This document shows positions 62,046 to 64,000 of a stretch of DNA of 64,000 nucleotides, piece by piece. Location: NCBI RefSeq assembly GCF_000143415.4, contig NW_003314267.1:2707839-2771838 (forward strand). Reading direction: 5' to 3'. The translations under genes were made by a program, and so were the position numbers. Within the stretch, counting starts at the first letter, position 1, and the number at the start of each line of letters is the position of its first letter. The notes below the pieces were generated by a model, which saw only the letters and a program-made list of their open reading frames with translations, made no database searches and was not told the origin of the DNA. Origin of the DNA: Selaginella moellendorffii (Eukaryota > Plantae > Lycopodiophyta).

Positions 62046-64000
62046 TCATCTCTCCTGGGCAACAGCACCGCCCGACGACGACGACGACGTGGTTTCCTCC
62101 GCACTGCTCCCACAGCCAATCTTTTGCTTGCCCCGCTCTTCATCTCCTCCCGGGAAGCTGGCTCTGGCGAGCTCCCGCAACACCTTGAGTGTCTCCTCCT
62201 GCGGCCGCGCCGACGACGACAAGGACAGCGATCTCACCCACTCATTCCACGTCTGTTTCTTGTTTCCTCCCGCTGGCGACCGCGGCAGCTGTGGATCCGG
62301 TGCCGGAACCCCCACTCCGGCCTGATCCGGCCGTATGGACCGTGCTTGTTGGAAGTCTGGTGACGGACTGGTGAAGTGCACCACCGGGGCGAGGCCAGTC
62401 GCCGGCTGCCTGTTCGCGTGCGGGGTGACGAACTTGGACCACTTTGCACGGGGGACAAACGGCAGCAGCAAGCCCCGCAGCAGCATCTTGAGCCCCAGGC
62501 TGAGCGACGGCTGCTCCGCGGATGGCAGGCGGAGCAGCAGTCCCATGAGTGCATACCACTCATTCACAAGCTGCGCTATGAAGGTGACGAGCAGAAAGGC
62601 CAGCATGACAAATGCACTAGCCTTGCCATACCGATGCCATGACAGAGCAAGAGCAGTCGCGAAGACTCCCGCTTCACACGCCAGCGACACCGCCTCCACC
62701 GCGTGGACGCCCCGCCGAATCAAAGGCTTGAGCAGCATCAAGTAGAGCAGCTGGGACGCGGTGATGAGTAGCGCACTCAGAACCTGGCTTGTTCCACCAC
62801 CAATTGCAGCCGGGTACGCGCCAAAAAGGATCCCCAGGGCTGCCCGGCGGAGCATGTCCACAACGATGTAAGCCGTCCTGGCTGCTCCCACAGACCATCT
62901 CCTGCTCCATTTGGCAGCGTGCTCCGCCTGCTCGCCCTCCCAGTTGATCCCTTTCATCCTTCCAATGCCGTTGGAGCCACTGTCAACCCATGCCGTCGCC
63001 TCTTGCTCCGCATCCACCACCACCACTTTGGGAGGACCTTTCCGGTCTTCAAACAGCAACCCATACCTGGGCAGAAACGTAGACGACAGCCCGGCCTTGC
63101 GCACCCACCTCCCAAAAGTCCGCTTGCCAACCACGGACGCTAACACTGCTTCATGACACGAGACCTGCTTCCTCCCCACTAAACTCACCTCTTGGTACTG
63201 TACAAATGCCGCATTGCCCACCCCTGCGGCCAGGAAGAGAGAGACGCACAGCATGAACGCGGCAGGCAATCCCAGAAGTATCACGCCTACCACAATCCCA
63301 GCAACGCTGCCTCCTGCCACCCACAATTAAGTAAATTCGTGGTACAGCATTTTTCATGAGCCACGTACCCGATATAACGAATGCACAAGCTTGCGTGATG
63401 CAAGGCAAGGAAAGCAGGGCCAAGAAGAGCTCGAATCTAGGAACCGTGAGGGCTCCCCGCACCGATGTCTTGGTTCGCCATCTCAGAAACGTCAACGTAG
63501 CCAGGTGAACAAGTGTGAGAGCCAGTCCAGCCACCGCCAACCAAAACACATTCCTCTCAAAATCGTGCCACCTTCATAGCCCACTCGGAATGAAGCAAAT
63601 GTTGAAAATGAAGATGGCTTACCCCGTGTACTTGCGCCTCAGCAAGTCTTGAAGAGAAGAAGTAGCTTGCGGTTTCTGCAAGCAGCAGTCAAAAAAGGTG
63701 CCATTGGATTAACAATCTATTCCACAAAACCTCAAAGTAGCTCTGGTATTCGGCAGCTCGTAGAGGAGGTCCGAAAGTAGACGAATTTGAGCCAAGCTTT
63801 CGTCCATGCAATGGCATGGCAGCGTCCAGCCTCCGCCACCTTGTCTCGACCAAAGATGGAGGGGGCTGCGAGTCGATATCAAACGCATCAGACACCGGTC
63901 GGTCCTTCTCCCATGGGACTTTGACGTGTGGAATGAGCCATCGTAGTCCCCTCACGCTTTCAGAATACTCGAGCGGCACGCTCCTAACCGTCAGTCTCTC
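62046..64000 (-). CDS. Uncharacterised multi-pass membrane protein; 5' part lies beyond the window
   Basis: Long hydrophobic ORF 62046..63326 plus upstream exons (PLEYSESVRGLRWLIPH, GALTVPRFELFL). Confidence 0.8.

Overview
Eukaryotic (land-plant) nuclear DNA with very short introns (mostly 45-60 nt) and very high gene density. That architecture plus a DNA-PKcs gene points to a non-flowering plant, most likely a Selaginella-type lycophyte (inference). Positions ~1-14.7 kb are a TE/pseudogene zone: a decayed minus-strand Ty3/gypsy element split between protease and RT by a ~3.45 kb intron-containing insert (NIF/FCP1-like phosphatase relic carrying a recurring 22-bp palindrome), a chromovirus 3' end with LTR, MLO and ABCB gene fragments, and an intronless atypical CDK-like kinase. 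Positions ~14.8-64 kb are a compact gene block: HDHD3-like HAD hydrolase, UBP23-like protease, Mpv17/PMP22, eIF6, TM9SF, DNA-PKcs, KASII, DXS, a DnaJ protein, an oxidoreductase-like protein, RNase T2, plastocyanin, RPC7-like, GT14, fibrillin, a germin pseudogene, ELP5, a JTB-like protein, ELF5/WBP11, NADP-IDH and a truncated membrane protein. The most striking observation is a second RNase T2 copy (46862-47608) whose coding sequence has been scrambled in place by three separate micro-inversions; two of them flip back exactly in frame at short inverted repeats. All gene boundaries were read by eye and multi-exon spans include introns.
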